Below, in pieces: positions 42,538 to 51,935 of a stretch of 64,000 bases of DNA; within the stretch, counting starts at the first letter, position 1, and the number at the start of each line of letters is the position of its first letter. This stretch comes from a virus (Duplodnaviria; Caudoviricetes): positions 1-64,000 of IMG/VR virus record IMGVR_UViG_3300010376_000032; one strand, 5' to 3'. A model generated the notes under the pieces. That model ran no database searches, had not been told where the DNA came from, and worked only from the letters and a program-made list of their open reading frames with translations. Made by a program: the position numbers and the translations under genes.

Positions 42538-43793
42538 TGGACACCGAGTGGTCACTCCTCTCCAAGACGGTGGAGGTACGAGGCTTCCAGGCCCTGGCCG
42601 AGGCCCGCATCACCCAGGCGTTCTTCATGGATCCGGACAACGCCGCTGTCTATGGCTGGATGCTCGATCATTGGACCAGGTACGGGGAATCACCAGGGGA
42701 AGAGGCTTTCCATCACGAGTACCCCGCCGACAACCTGATCGAAACCCCCGAGCCGCTGGCCTACTACATCGATGAGCTACGCGACGCCTACCGCTACGGG
42801 CGCCTGACCGGCGTCATCGACAGCGCCCGCGACGCCCTCAAGAACCATGACACCGAGATCGCCACCAAGCTCCTGGCGTCGGGGCTGGAGGCCCTGCATG
42901 TCGAGGTGGTGGACCTCCAGGACGACCTGCTCACCGACACCATGGAGAACCGGGTGGCCTACTACGACAACCTCTCCACCCAGCGCGGCCTTCTCGGTTA
43001 CCCGACCGGATTCCCCACCATGGACCGGGCCACCAACGGCCTACAGAAGGGGCAGTTGGTCACCCTGACTGGGCTGCAAAAGAAGAAGAAGTCCATGCTG
43101 CTCATGGTCATGAACATCGCCGCCCACCGGGCCGGTGCCCGCACCTTGTTCGCCAGCTTTGAGATGTCCAACACCGAGCAGGCCACCCGCCACGATGCCC
43201 TCCGCGCCGGGATCAGCCTGACCCGGTTGCAGAAGGGTGAGCACACCCCCGACGAGCGCCAGAAGCTCATCCGCATGATGCACGAACTCGACGGCATGCA
43301 GCCCCTGGTGCTGGTCTACGACCCGGCCAGTTCCACCACGGTGTCGGCCATCGCCGCCAAGATCGCCCAGCACAAGCCGGACGTGGTGTTTATCGACGGC
43401 ACCTACATGATGGACGCCGAGGGGGTGCAGGCCGAACCCGGCTCGCCGCAGGCCCTGACCTCGATCACGCGGTCGCTCAAGCGACTGGCCCAGCGGTCGA
43501 ACATCCCGATCTGCCAGACCACCCAGTCCCTGACCTGGAAGGCCAAGCGGGGCCTGACGCTCGACTCCATCGGCTACTCCTCCAGCTTCGCCCAGGACAG
43601 CGACGTGATCTTCGGGGTGGAGGAGATCAAGGAGGACGGCGAGGTCAACGATCGCGAGATGCTGCTGCGGATCATCGCCAGCCGGAACTGCCCCCGCACC
43701 GACGTACGCCTGGCCGTCGACCTCGACCGGGGCACCATCATCGAGACAGAAGAAGTAGCCACGAACTATGAGGCGGACGACGGTCTTGATTGA
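42537..43793 (+). CDS. dnaB: DnaB-like replicative helicase
   Basis: G.PTGF..MD..T.GLQ.GQLV.L.G; FASFEMS; VVFIDG.Y.M; L.R.LK.LA; IGYS.SF.QD.D; Walker A atypical. Confidence 0.9.
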   Translation: MDTEWSLLSKTVEVRGFQALAEARITQAFFMDPDNAAVYGWMLDHWTRYGESPGEEAFHHEYPADNLIETPEPLAYYIDELRDAYRYGRLTGVIDSARDALKNHDTEIATKLLASGLEALHVEVVDLQDDLLTDTMENRVAYYDNLSTQRGLLGYPTGFPTMDRATNGLQKGQLVTLTGLQKKKKSMLLMVMNIAAHRAGARTLFASFEMSNTEQATRHDALRAGISLTRLQKGEHTPDERQKLIRMMHELDGMQPLVLVYDPASSTTVSAIAAKIAQHKPDVVFIDGTYMMDAEGVQAEPGSPQALTSITRSLKRLAQRSNIPICQTTQSLTWKAKRGLTLDSIGYSSSFAQDSDVIFGVEEIKEDGEVNDREMLLRIIASRNCPRTDVRLAVDLDRGTIIETEEVATNYEADDGLD

Positions 43794-44667
43794 AGATCTG
43801 CTTGACGAAATCGGTGTCGAGGACATCCGGCCCCTGGGCGAGGAGGTCCAGGCCCGCTGCCCCCTGCACGAGAAGCGCACCGGGGAGCGCGAGCACCGGC
43901 CCGACCATTGGTCCGTCAACCGGCGCTCCGGCGCCCACCACTGCTTCTCCTGCGAGTACTCCGGCAGCCTGACCCGGCTGATCATGGACTTGACCGGCAT
44001 GGGCCTGTGGGAGGCCCACCAGATGCTGCGGCACTTCGACGTGGAGTTGGGTGGCATCGAGGAGGCGCCCTGGGAGCCGCCGGTCACGGCCACCGTCGAG
44101 CGCCGCCTGGAGGACTTTGATCTACCCCCCACCCGGGTGCTGAAGCGGCGCAAGATCACGGTCGAGTCCGCCCTGCGCTACCGGCTCAAGTGGGATCACG
44201 ATGAGTCCGCCTGGGTCATCCCCATCATTTCCCCCACTGGGGAAACCTGGGGCTGGCAGGCCAAGTTCCCCGATCGGATCCGCAACTACCCACCCGGCAT
44301 CAAGAAGGGGCGCACCCTGTTCGGCCTCGACGTGCTTCGCGCCAGCCACGTCGTCCTGGTGGAGAGTCCGCTCGACTGCGCCTACCTGGACAGCATCGAC
44401 GTGCCCGCCGTCGCCGCCTTCGGCTGCCAGATCTCCGATCGCCAGATGAAGCTGCTCATCGAGCGTTGCGATCAGGTCATCCTGGCCCTGGACAACGACA
44501 AGGCCGGGATAGCCGAGACGCGCCGCCTCTTGGACGAGAAGTGGCACCATCGGCTGCCCATCCTGGTCTTCGACTACGCCAGTCACAAGGGCAAGGATCC
44601 TGGCGAACTGTCTCCCCACCAGGTGGCCAACGGCATCGAGGACGCCGCCTTAGCCTCGTTCTGGTGA
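43768..44667 (+). CDS. dnaG: DNA primase (CHC2 Zn finger + TOPRIM)
   Basis: CPLH...HCFSC; LVES.LD; ALDNDKAG; KDPGE. Confidence 0.9.
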   Translation: MRRTTVLIEDLLDEIGVEDIRPLGEEVQARCPLHEKRTGEREHRPDHWSVNRRSGAHHCFSCEYSGSLTRLIMDLTGMGLWEAHQMLRHFDVELGGIEEAPWEPPVTATVERRLEDFDLPPTRVLKRRKITVESALRYRLKWDHDESAWVIPIISPTGETWGWQAKFPDRIRNYPPGIKKGRTLFGLDVLRASHVVLVESPLDCAYLDSIDVPAVAAFGCQISDRQMKLLIERCDQVILALDNDKAGIAETRRLLDEKWHHRLPILVFDYASHKGKDPGELSPHQVANGIEDAALASFW

Positions 44668-44690
44668 GATGACCAAGAACGGGGACAGCC

Positions 44691-44879
44691 ATGAACCAAC
44701 GGACGGCAATGCTGGGACTGGTCGTTATTGGAGTGATCCTGGTCGTTGGCGGGGTCATTGTCGCCATCACTGGCACTGACGGCCCCGAGTGGCTGGGCAA
44801 GGCCATAGCCATCGTCGTCGGGGCGTTGGTAGCACTGGCTGGTGGGTCCACCATCATTCACCACAAGGATTCAGATTGA
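44691..44879 (+). CDS. Small two-TM membrane protein
   Basis: 62 aa with two strongly hydrophobic helices. Confidence 0.65.
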   Translation: MNQRTAMLGLVVIGVILVVGGVIVAITGTDGPEWLGKAIAIVVGALVALAGGSTIIHHKDSD

Positions 44880-46447
44880 CCTTCAAGGGCAGCCTGTACC
44901 CCTTCCAGGAGGAGGCGGTGCAGAAGATGATCGACATGCAGCACCTTTTGGTCGCCTACGAGATGGGCCTGGGAAAAACGGTGCTGACGATCGCGGCCAT
45001 CGAGAACCTGATTGATGATGGAAAAATCGGCGGGGGATTCATCGTCTGCCCCGCCTCAATTAAGTTGCAGTGGCGCCGCATGATCGAGGAGTTCGCGCCA
45101 GAGGCCAGCGTGATCGTGGTGAGTGGTGACGCCAACCGGCGTGAGCGCCAGTACCGGGAGTACAACTCGGGCGGCGCCGAATACCTGGTGGTGAATCCCG
45201 AGCAACTCGTCAACGACTGGAACATCGTCCGGAAGCTGCCCCGCGACTTCATCGTGGCTGACGAAGTGCAATGGGCCAAGAACTTCAAGCCACAGCGGTC
45301 GAAGAAGCTGAAGCGGCTGCGGGCCACCTACCAGTGGGGCCTGACCGGTCAACCCGTCGAGAACCGGGCCGAAGAGATGTTCTCAATTATGCAGTGGGTT
45401 AACCCCGGTGTCCTGGGCGACTTCAAGAACTTCGACACCGCCTTCATCAAGCGCGATAGCTGGGGCCGGGTGAAGCTGTACCGCAACCTACCCACCCTGC
45501 ACCGCCTGGTCAGCGACCACATGGTGCGCCGCACCCGGGAAGAGGTCAAGGACCAGCTACCCGCCGTCACCGAGCAGACCCTGCTGATCGAGATGGACCT
45601 GGAAGGCGCCCGCCTCTACCGGCGCATGGTGCATGACCTGACGAACGACCTGCAGGAGGCCATGCAGACCTGGGGCAACTTCTCGCTCGACGGGTTCTAC
45701 CGGGGCGAGGAGCAGGGCGAGGTCCGCGGCCGGATCATGTCGAAGCTGGTGTGCATGCGGATGCTGTGCGACCACCCCGAGCTACTGCGGATCTCGGCTG
45801 CCCACTACCGGGGGGTACTACCCGGCACCCGGCAGGGCAGCCAGTACGCCGACGAGCTTCAGCAGGCGGGCGTCCTGGAGCGTTGTAAGCGGACCCCCAA
45901 GCTGGACGCGGTTGTAGGGACCAAGGACAGTCCCGGTCTTATATGCGACATCCTGGACGCAGATCCGCGCAACAAGATCGTTTTCTTCTCCTTCTTCAGG
46001 GACATGCTCGACCTGGTCGCCGCCGCCACCGCGAACGTGACCAAGTCGGTGCTCTTCACCGGGGCGGTGTCCACCAAGGCCCGCGACGCGGCCAAGCAGC
46101 AGTTCGCCACCGACCCCGAGACACGGCTGTTCCTCTCCAGTGACGCCGGGGGCATCGGCCTGGACCTGCCCCAGGCCAACTACTTGATCTCTTGCGACCT
46201 GCCCTGGTCTGCGGGCGCTTATGCCCAGCGCCAGGCCCGAATCATACGTCTATCATCTGATTTCCCTCAGGTGACGCTCCTGTCCACCCAGATCTCGGGC
46301 AGCATCGAGGAGTACCAGGACGGCCTGCTCCGGCAGAAGAAGAAGGTGGCCGACGCCGTGGTGGACGGCAAGGGCATCTCCCCGAAGGGGCGCCTGACCC
46401 TCGATCTACAGTCCCTCTCCGAGTACCTTCGGACTCATACGGTATGA
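44876..46447 (+). CDS. SNF2/SWI2-family (SF2) helicase
   Basis: Start reset to TTG 44876; LYPFQ, YEMGLGKT, CPAS...QW, ADEVQ, LTG.P.EN, SSDAGG.G.DL, QR..RI.R. Confidence 0.9.
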   Translation: MTFKGSLYPFQEEAVQKMIDMQHLLVAYEMGLGKTVLTIAAIENLIDDGKIGGGFIVCPASIKLQWRRMIEEFAPEASVIVVSGDANRRERQYREYNSGGAEYLVVNPEQLVNDWNIVRKLPRDFIVADEVQWAKNFKPQRSKKLKRLRATYQWGLTGQPVENRAEEMFSIMQWVNPGVLGDFKNFDTAFIKRDSWGRVKLYRNLPTLHRLVSDHMVRRTREEVKDQLPAVTEQTLLIEMDLEGARLYRRMVHDLTNDLQEAMQTWGNFSLDGFYRGEEQGEVRGRIMSKLVCMRMLCDHPELLRISAAHYRGVLPGTRQGSQYADELQQAGVLERCKRTPKLDAVVGTKDSPGLICDILDADPRNKIVFFSFFRDMLDLVAAATANVTKSVLFTGAVSTKARDAAKQQFATDPETRLFLSSDAGGIGLDLPQANYLISCDLPWSAGAYAQRQARIIRLSSDFPQVTLLSTQISGSIEEYQDGLLRQKKKVADAVVDGKGISPKGRLTLDLQSLSEYLRTHTV

Positions 46448-46659
46448 AGACCGTACATCGGGATCCCCGATACCCCCCGCCCTCATACGTGACCGACATC
46501 CCCTTCCACAGCAAGCCCCTGAAGGAGCTATACGCCATCGTGGATGACATGAACCTCCCAACAACTCGCTATCAGGTTCAAGCTGCTCAGGAGTTGACCC
46601 GCAGAATGAAGCACTACATGGCGGTGTTGGAGGCACTGGCGGTGTTGGAGGCACTGTGA
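46444..46659 (+). CDS. Hypothetical protein
   Basis: 71 aa, ATGA coupling. Confidence 0.55.
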   Translation: MKTVHRDPRYPPPSYVTDIPFHSKPLKELYAIVDDMNLPTTRYQVQAAQELTRRMKHYMAVLEALAVLEAL

Positions 46660-47003
46660 GGTCAGGCCCCCAGTACCTCATCTGCGGCAGTCACCTGACC
46701 GATGACACCCTGGTCCTCCGCATGATCCTGGAGGGCCTCAACACCCAGGCCCGCCACTGGAGCGAGACGATCACTATCCAGGACGACGGCAGCCTGAACG
46801 GCCTGGAGTTTGAGGTGGAGCAGTTCAAGTACCTCAAGCACCGCCCGGTTGACGGCTGGGAAGACCCCAATATCGTGCTGTGTTTCATGGACCATTTGAG
46901 CCAGAATCGCGCCTCAGAGCGGCTCCTGTCGGTCGCAGCAACTGAACACCGTCCTGCCTTCATCATCAGCACCTACGACGGCAACGAGAGGATTGCTCCG
47001 TAG
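46656..47003 (+). CDS. Hypothetical protein
   Basis: 115 aa, GTGA coupling. Confidence 0.58.
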   Translation: MRSGPQYLICGSHLTDDTLVLRMILEGLNTQARHWSETITIQDDGSLNGLEFEVEQFKYLKHRPVDGWEDPNIVLCFMDHLSQNRASERLLSVAATEHRPAFIISTYDGNERIAP

Positions 47004-47028
47004 CCCATAGGGCGTCGCGCCGCCTGGA

Positions 47029-47040
47029 TACCCTGCATGT
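47029..47040 (+). promoter_or_regulatory. Leaderless promoter candidate (TACCCT-N6-ATG)
   Basis: TAnnnT at 47029-47034, 6 nt before ATG 47041. Confidence 0.55.
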
Positions 47041-47505
47041 ATGCCCCGGCGTTTGGCCCGAGAAGACCTGGACCTGAGCGCACTTCGCAAAGAAGTAGCT
47101 GCCTGGTATGCCCTGAAACAAGAAGCCGCTCTGCTCAGCAATGAGTTGGATAAACGGAAGAAGAGACTGCAGGGCATTCTAGAAAAATACGGAGAGACTG
47201 ATCCGTCGACTGGTTCCATTTTTCTGGACCTGGGCGAGCCGGTCGGGTCCGAGCGCATCAGCCAACTGAAGAACCAGTGCGCCACCCGGCAGGTAATGAA
47301 CGAGGAGATGGCTGAGGAGGTTCTCTCCAAGAAGGGCCTCTGGGAGGAGATGACCGATCTCATTCGGGTCATCGATGACAGCCGGGTGCTGGCCGCGTAC
47401 TACGACAAGCGGATCACCGACGACGAGTTGGCCAAGATGATCCACGAGAAGGTGGTCTACAGCTTCTTCGTGCTCGATGACGCCGGGAAGCCGGTGCGGG
47501 CGTGA
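47041..47505 (+). CDS. Hypothetical coiled-coil protein
   Basis: 154 aa; helical N-terminus; first gene after the promoter. Confidence 0.68.
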   Translation: MPRRLAREDLDLSALRKEVAAWYALKQEAALLSNELDKRKKRLQGILEKYGETDPSTGSIFLDLGEPVGSERISQLKNQCATRQVMNEEMAEEVLSKKGLWEEMTDLIRVIDDSRVLAAYYDKRITDDELAKMIHEKVVYSFFVLDDAGKPVRA

Positions 47506-47999
47506 GCGGATCCGGCGCTCTGTGCCGCCCCAACTACGAACACGAACTCATGGCCGCGTTCGGCACGCTGCAGGATGAGTACTACCCGGGCAGCAAGCAG
47601 AAGCGCCGGGAGTCGCGCCAGGCCCGCCGCGAGCGGCTGGTGGATGAGCGCCGTGCCGCCCGGGAGGAGGAGGGCTGGGACGCCCACCCCAAGAAGGCTG
47701 CCATCAACGGGGTCAGCATGGAGTTCTTTCCGGTTGGCGCCCTGGCCAAAGCCCTGGGCCGCGACTCGGTGACGATTCGCGCCTGGATGCGGAAGGGCTG
47801 GCTGCCCCGCAACACCTTTCAGACCCCGGCAGTGATCGGCTCCCGGGGCAATGCCTCCCGGCGCCTGTGGAGCCGTACCCAGATCGAGGGCATCGTCGCC
47901 ATCGCCAGAGAGGAGGGCCTGCTACTCAGTCACCCACCCCGTATCCAGACCACCAACTTCACCCAGCGCGTGTTCGCAGCGTGGAAGACCTGGCGATGA
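47502..47999 (+). CDS. MerR-like HTH DNA-binding protein
   Basis: FFPVGALAKALGRDSVTIRAW.RKGWLP....RRLWSR.QIE. Confidence 0.72.
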   Translation: MSGSGALCRPNYEHELMAAFGTLQDEYYPGSKQKRRESRQARRERLVDERRAAREEEGWDAHPKKAAINGVSMEFFPVGALAKALGRDSVTIRAWMRKGWLPRNTFQTPAVIGSRGNASRRLWSRTQIEGIVAIAREEGLLLSHPPRIQTTNFTQRVFAAWKTWR

Positions 48000-48391
48000 A
48001 GTTGACCAAACACATCCGCTACCTGGTCCGCGTCCGTGATTACGAGACGGTTCAGGTCGAGGTGGGGGCCGAGGCTGATCACCATGACCTGGGCTACTCC
48101 GATCAGGAGTGGGCGCAGGCCACGCCTCAGCTACGGCACAACGAAACCGATCATCTGGAGCTTGTCGTCATCTCCGAGGTCGAGAAGCTCGCGCGCACCG
48201 AGTTGGAGATCGTTGCCGAATGGAGCGAGATCTCACCCAACCTTGCCGAAGACTTCCTGTCTGAACCCACCATTGCCACCATGCAAGAACAAAGGAGCAA
48301 CCATGCCCGAACCGAGAAGACTGGTCCGCCCCCGACCAGCCGAAGAATACGACCGCGAGGAGGAGGCCCCACGTCGCCGTCTGCGGCGTGA
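47996..48391 (+). CDS. Hypothetical protein
   Basis: Start reset to ATG 47996; tail overlaps the SSB start by 89 nt. Confidence 0.6.
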   Translation: MKLTKHIRYLVRVRDYETVQVEVGAEADHHDLGYSDQEWAQATPQLRHNETDHLELVVISEVEKLARTELEIVAEWSEISPNLAEDFLSEPTIATMQEQRSNHARTEKTGPPPTSRRIRPRGGGPTSPSAA

Positions 48392-49034
48392 GGAGCCGCC
48401 AACCCAACTACGCCACTCCCGACCCCAGCGAGAAGAGGCCGACGACGACGCCGGTCTGGCCGTGGCGCCCGTCGCCAAGGGCTGGGGCGGCTACAAACGC
48501 ACCAAGGCCAACGCCCCCTCCCAGTTCACCAAGCTCTTCAAGGTCACCGACGACGAGCAACTAATAATGTTCTGCGAGGACGGACCGTATGCATCATTTT
48601 TGATGCACTGGTGCGATTGGGTGCCGCGGGGTGAACGCATGTCCTATGTCTGTCTGCAGGAGCACTGCCCCCTCGATGAGGTGGACCCCAAGCCCCAGGC
48701 CCGGGTGCGCTTCAACATCCTCGACTGCAATGGCGACACCCCCATCCTGGTCACCTTTGAATGTGGTGTCTCCGTGACCGACACCCTGGACAAGTACGCT
48801 AAGGACGATCCGTTGGCTGGGCGGTACTTCGCCGTGCAGATGACGGGCCAGAAGAACAACCGCCGTACACAGATCCGTCCCATAAAAATCCGTGACCTCA
48901 AAGAGGACTGGGATTTTGCTGCGCTCTCCGAAGAGGACATCGCCAAGTTTGACGATCGCCTCTGGGATGAAACCTCGTTGGAAGTCAACACCAGGGTCGA
49001 GCTACAGAAAATAGCCGACGCCTTCAACGAATAA
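48303..49034 (+). CDS. Single-stranded DNA-binding protein (gp32-like)
   Basis: AAGGAG RBS before ATG 48303; F..DGPYA....HW; Y.CL...CPL; acidic C-terminus; upstream of Pol. Confidence 0.68.
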   Translation: MPEPRRLVRPRPAEEYDREEEAPRRRLRREEPPTQLRHSRPQREEADDDAGLAVAPVAKGWGGYKRTKANAPSQFTKLFKVTDDEQLIMFCEDGPYASFLMHWCDWVPRGERMSYVCLQEHCPLDEVDPKPQARVRFNILDCNGDTPILVTFECGVSVTDTLDKYAKDDPLAGRYFAVQMTGQKNNRRTQIRPIKIRDLKEDWDFAALSEEDIAKFDDRLWDETSLEVNTRVELQKIADAFNE

Positions 49035-49048
49035 GGCTCTGGCCGGGG

Positions 49049-51421
49049 GTGCCGTCGCAAGCCGCCACCGTGACCAGAAAGGGAGAGAGGCTGGACCCGC
49101 CCCCAGCCTCTCTCCTCCATGGGCTGAAGTGTGACATTGCCTGGATAACACCGGGGAGAACAGAGGGCGTCTGGAACTATGGGCCAGGGGCGCAACATCG
49201 GCGCTGCGTCTTGGCCCTGGACCATGCAGGTGACCACGACACCGGAGAAGGGCAACGAGACAGGAACGAGGTTCGCCGCTCCAGATATAAGTGGGGGAAG
49301 CGCACCTTCACCGACGAGCAGGTTGCACGATCCGAAGCCATAAGAGCCAAGTGGAACCGGATGGGGCAGCCCCAGCCGTCCGATGCCGTCCGCTCCTACG
49401 TCGCGTTTGAAGCCTGGGTGGAGGGCCTGGACGAGAAAAATCCTCCACGGGAGCAGGGCGGCAACGCCGTTCCCACCATCACCACCCTCGACCAGCTAAA
49501 AGAAGTGGTGGACATCTACACGAATTTCTCCGAGTTCGCATTCGATGTCGAGACGCGAGGCAACCGGAGAGTCCACGGGCTGCAACCGGGGCGCCGGGTG
49601 CTATCAAGATACGGAGAACAGACCACTCCGTGCCTGGCCTGCGGCACTCCCCTGCCCACCAGGCGGCGGGCCTACTGCTCCGACCTGTGCCGCAAGGCCG
49701 CAGACAAGGACAAGCCCGCCCTTGACGCCAGGACCAACGAGGTCTGGTGTATTTCTCTCGCTGGCCCTGGCCGTGCTGATGTCATACCCATCGGGCATCC
49801 CGACAAACGCCAGCAGCTACGCCGCGCCGATGTCTTCAACGCCCTGGAGCCGTTGTTCTTCTCGGAGCGAAAGAAGATCGGCCACAACGTGGGGTTCGAC
49901 CTCCTGTCCGTATCCAAGTACTACGACGGCGGGATCCCACCACCGCCTTATGGCGACGTGATGACCGCCGCCTTTCTTCTGAACGAGAACCTGGGTAGCT
50001 ACAAGCTGGGGGTGCTCAGCCAGCGCTACTGGGGCTACACCTACAGCGAGAAGCTGGGTGAAGAGGCGTACAACGTGGAGTGGCGGCGGGCCATGCGGTA
50101 CTCGATGCTCGACGCCCGCAATGCCTGGCTGCTCTGGTACAAACTGGCCCCCAGGTTGAAAGGAAAGCTGTCGGAGCTTTTCACCCTGGAGATGCAGGTG
50201 CTTCGGGTACTACTCGACATGCGGTGTAGTGGGGCCTACGTGGATGTGGAAGGTTTCCGCAGGCTGAGGCCCATCCTGGAGGAGCAACTACGTGTCCTGG
50301 GCGCGGAGATCCAGACCATGGTCGAACCGGTCTGGGACCAGCCCACCCCGCTCAACCTGAACAGCACCCATCAACTGGGTCACTATTTCTACGACCTCCT
50401 CAAGCTGCACCCTCCCAAGTTCACTGAGTCCGGCCTGCGCTCCACCGACGCCGACACCCTGCGGATCCTGGCCCGCCGTCACAAGGCCCCGGCCAAGATC
50501 CTGTCCCACAAGGACGTGTCCAAGCTGCTGTCCACCTACGTGGTCGGGTTCATCCCCACCATCGATGACGACTCGCGGATCCGTGCCTCCTTCAACCAGG
50601 CCGTGGCCAAGACCGGGCGCCTCTCGTGCTCGCAGCCCAACCTGCAGAACATCCCGGCCCGCTACCGCGAGAACACCGAGGGCACCATGATCCGACGCAT
50701 GTTCGTGGCGCCGCCAGGCAAGGCGCTCATCGTGGCCGACTACAGCCAGATCGAGCTACGCATCCTGGCCCACCAGACCAGGGATCCCCGGCTCCTCTAC
50801 GCCTACACCCATGGTGAGGATCTCCACACCATGACGGCTTCGTTGATCTGGCGCATCCCCATGGACCAGGTGGACCCCGAGCGACGGGCCATCGCCAAGA
50901 ACTCCAACTTCAACTTCGCCTTTGAGGGCGGGCCTGGCCGGGTGGTGGCCATGTCAGGCATCCCCATGAACCAGGCCCAGGAGGTCTACGACGGCTGGCA
51001 CCGGGCCTACCCGGGTGTGAAGCGTTGGGGTAGGCAGATCAAGCGGTTCTGTTGGGAGCACGGTTACGTCGAGACGCTCTACGGGCGCAAGCGGCGCTTG
51101 CCCGAGATCTCCTCCTCAGACATGAGGGAACGGTCCTATGCCGAACGGCAGGCCGTCAACCATCCCATCCAGGGCACCGCCGCCGACATCGCCAAGATCG
51201 GCATCGTCCAGGTCCACCGGGCGCTGGCCGAGTTCCACGCCACCCTGACCTTGCAGATCCATGACGAATTTGTCATCGAGTGCGCCGAGGACGAGGTGGA
51301 GGACGCCATACCGTTTATCAAGGCCGCGATGGAAGACATCCGGCTGGGGGACCGTCCGGTCCTGGACGTGCCCCTGGAGGTGAACATCGGAGTGGGCATG
51401 AACTGGGCTGAAGCGAAATGA
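49049..51421 (+). CDS. polA: Family A DNA polymerase with 3'-5' exonuclease (start uncertain)
   Basis: FAFDVET, IGHNVGFD, YSMLDA; KTGRLS..QPNLQNIP; motif A VADYSQIELR; motif B R...K...F...F; motif C QIHDE. Confidence 0.95.
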   Translation: MPSQAATVTRKGERLDPPPASLLHGLKCDIAWITPGRTEGVWNYGPGAQHRRCVLALDHAGDHDTGEGQRDRNEVRRSRYKWGKRTFTDEQVARSEAIRAKWNRMGQPQPSDAVRSYVAFEAWVEGLDEKNPPREQGGNAVPTITTLDQLKEVVDIYTNFSEFAFDVETRGNRRVHGLQPGRRVLSRYGEQTTPCLACGTPLPTRRRAYCSDLCRKAADKDKPALDARTNEVWCISLAGPGRADVIPIGHPDKRQQLRRADVFNALEPLFFSERKKIGHNVGFDLLSVSKYYDGGIPPPPYGDVMTAAFLLNENLGSYKLGVLSQRYWGYTYSEKLGEEAYNVEWRRAMRYSMLDARNAWLLWYKLAPRLKGKLSELFTLEMQVLRVLLDMRCSGAYVDVEGFRRLRPILEEQLRVLGAEIQTMVEPVWDQPTPLNLNSTHQLGHYFYDLLKLHPPKFTESGLRSTDADTLRILARRHKAPAKILSHKDVSKLLSTYVVGFIPTIDDDSRIRASFNQAVAKTGRLSCSQPNLQNIPARYRENTEGTMIRRMFVAPPGKALIVADYSQIELRILAHQTRDPRLLYAYTHGEDLHTMTASLIWRIPMDQVDPERRAIAKNSNFNFAFEGGPGRVVAMSGIPMNQAQEVYDGWHRAYPGVKRWGRQIKRFCWEHGYVETLYGRKRRLPEISSSDMRERSYAERQAVNHPIQGTAADIAKIGIVQVHRALAEFHATLTLQIHDEFVIECAEDEVEDAIPFIKAAMEDIRLGDRPVLDVPLEVNIGVGMNWAEAK
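49082..49115 (+). terminator. Perfect 13-bp hairpin (terminator-like or translational control)
   Basis: GGAGAGAGGCTGG / 8-nt loop / CCAGCCTCTCTCC; no U-tract; lies inside the open Pol frame. Confidence 0.5.
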
Positions 51422-51927
51422 GTGACTGGTGGGCCAGGCAGTTGGGTGGGGTAGTACCTACCGCCCCCAGTCAACAGGAGCGACCACAACCGACTGGGAC
51501 CGTCTCGTACCCGCAGAAGGCGGTACGGTGGCAGCCACAGTACCCCCCAACCGGACCACGCCAGGAGGTGACGGAAGAGGTCCAGCCGGGGGGCAACGGC
51601 GACGATAGCTGGCAGCGGGTCCACCGCCAGGGCTTCCTCTCCAAGGCCCCGGCCAGCCTGGGCAAGGATGGCAAGTGCCCGGGGTGTGGTGGCTCCAACT
51701 ACTTCCGCCGCAAGGGACCGATGGGCGTGGAGGCCGCGCCGCTCTGCACCGAGTGCGGCTACAACGGCGAGTACTTCACCCAGTCGGGCACCCTGCTCAA
51801 CGCCGTGGGCATGAAATCGTCCGGTCCGACCCAGTTCGCCCGCACCGACAACCCCGAGGCCCAGGCCCACCTGTGGTCTGACCCTGGCCTGTCGGGCACC
51901 GAGTTCAGTTGGAGCAGTGTGAGATAG
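51418..51927 (+). CDS. Zn-binding hypothetical protein
   Basis: CPGCGGSNYF...CTECGY. Confidence 0.7.
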   Translation: MSDWWARQLGGVVPTAPSQQERPQPTGTVSYPQKAVRWQPQYPPTGPRQEVTEEVQPGGNGDDSWQRVHRQGFLSKAPASLGKDGKCPGCGGSNYFRRKGPMGVEAAPLCTECGYNGEYFTQSGTLLNAVGMKSSGPTQFARTDNPEAQAHLWSDPGLSGTEFSWSSVR

Positions 51928-51935
51928 GAGGGACC

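Noticed and set aside
37353-51421. Inteins or introns in terminase, DnaB or PolA
   Set aside because: Sizes are normal; no C/S...HN splice ends or homing-endonuclease motifs; the Pol insert is short and Cys-rich
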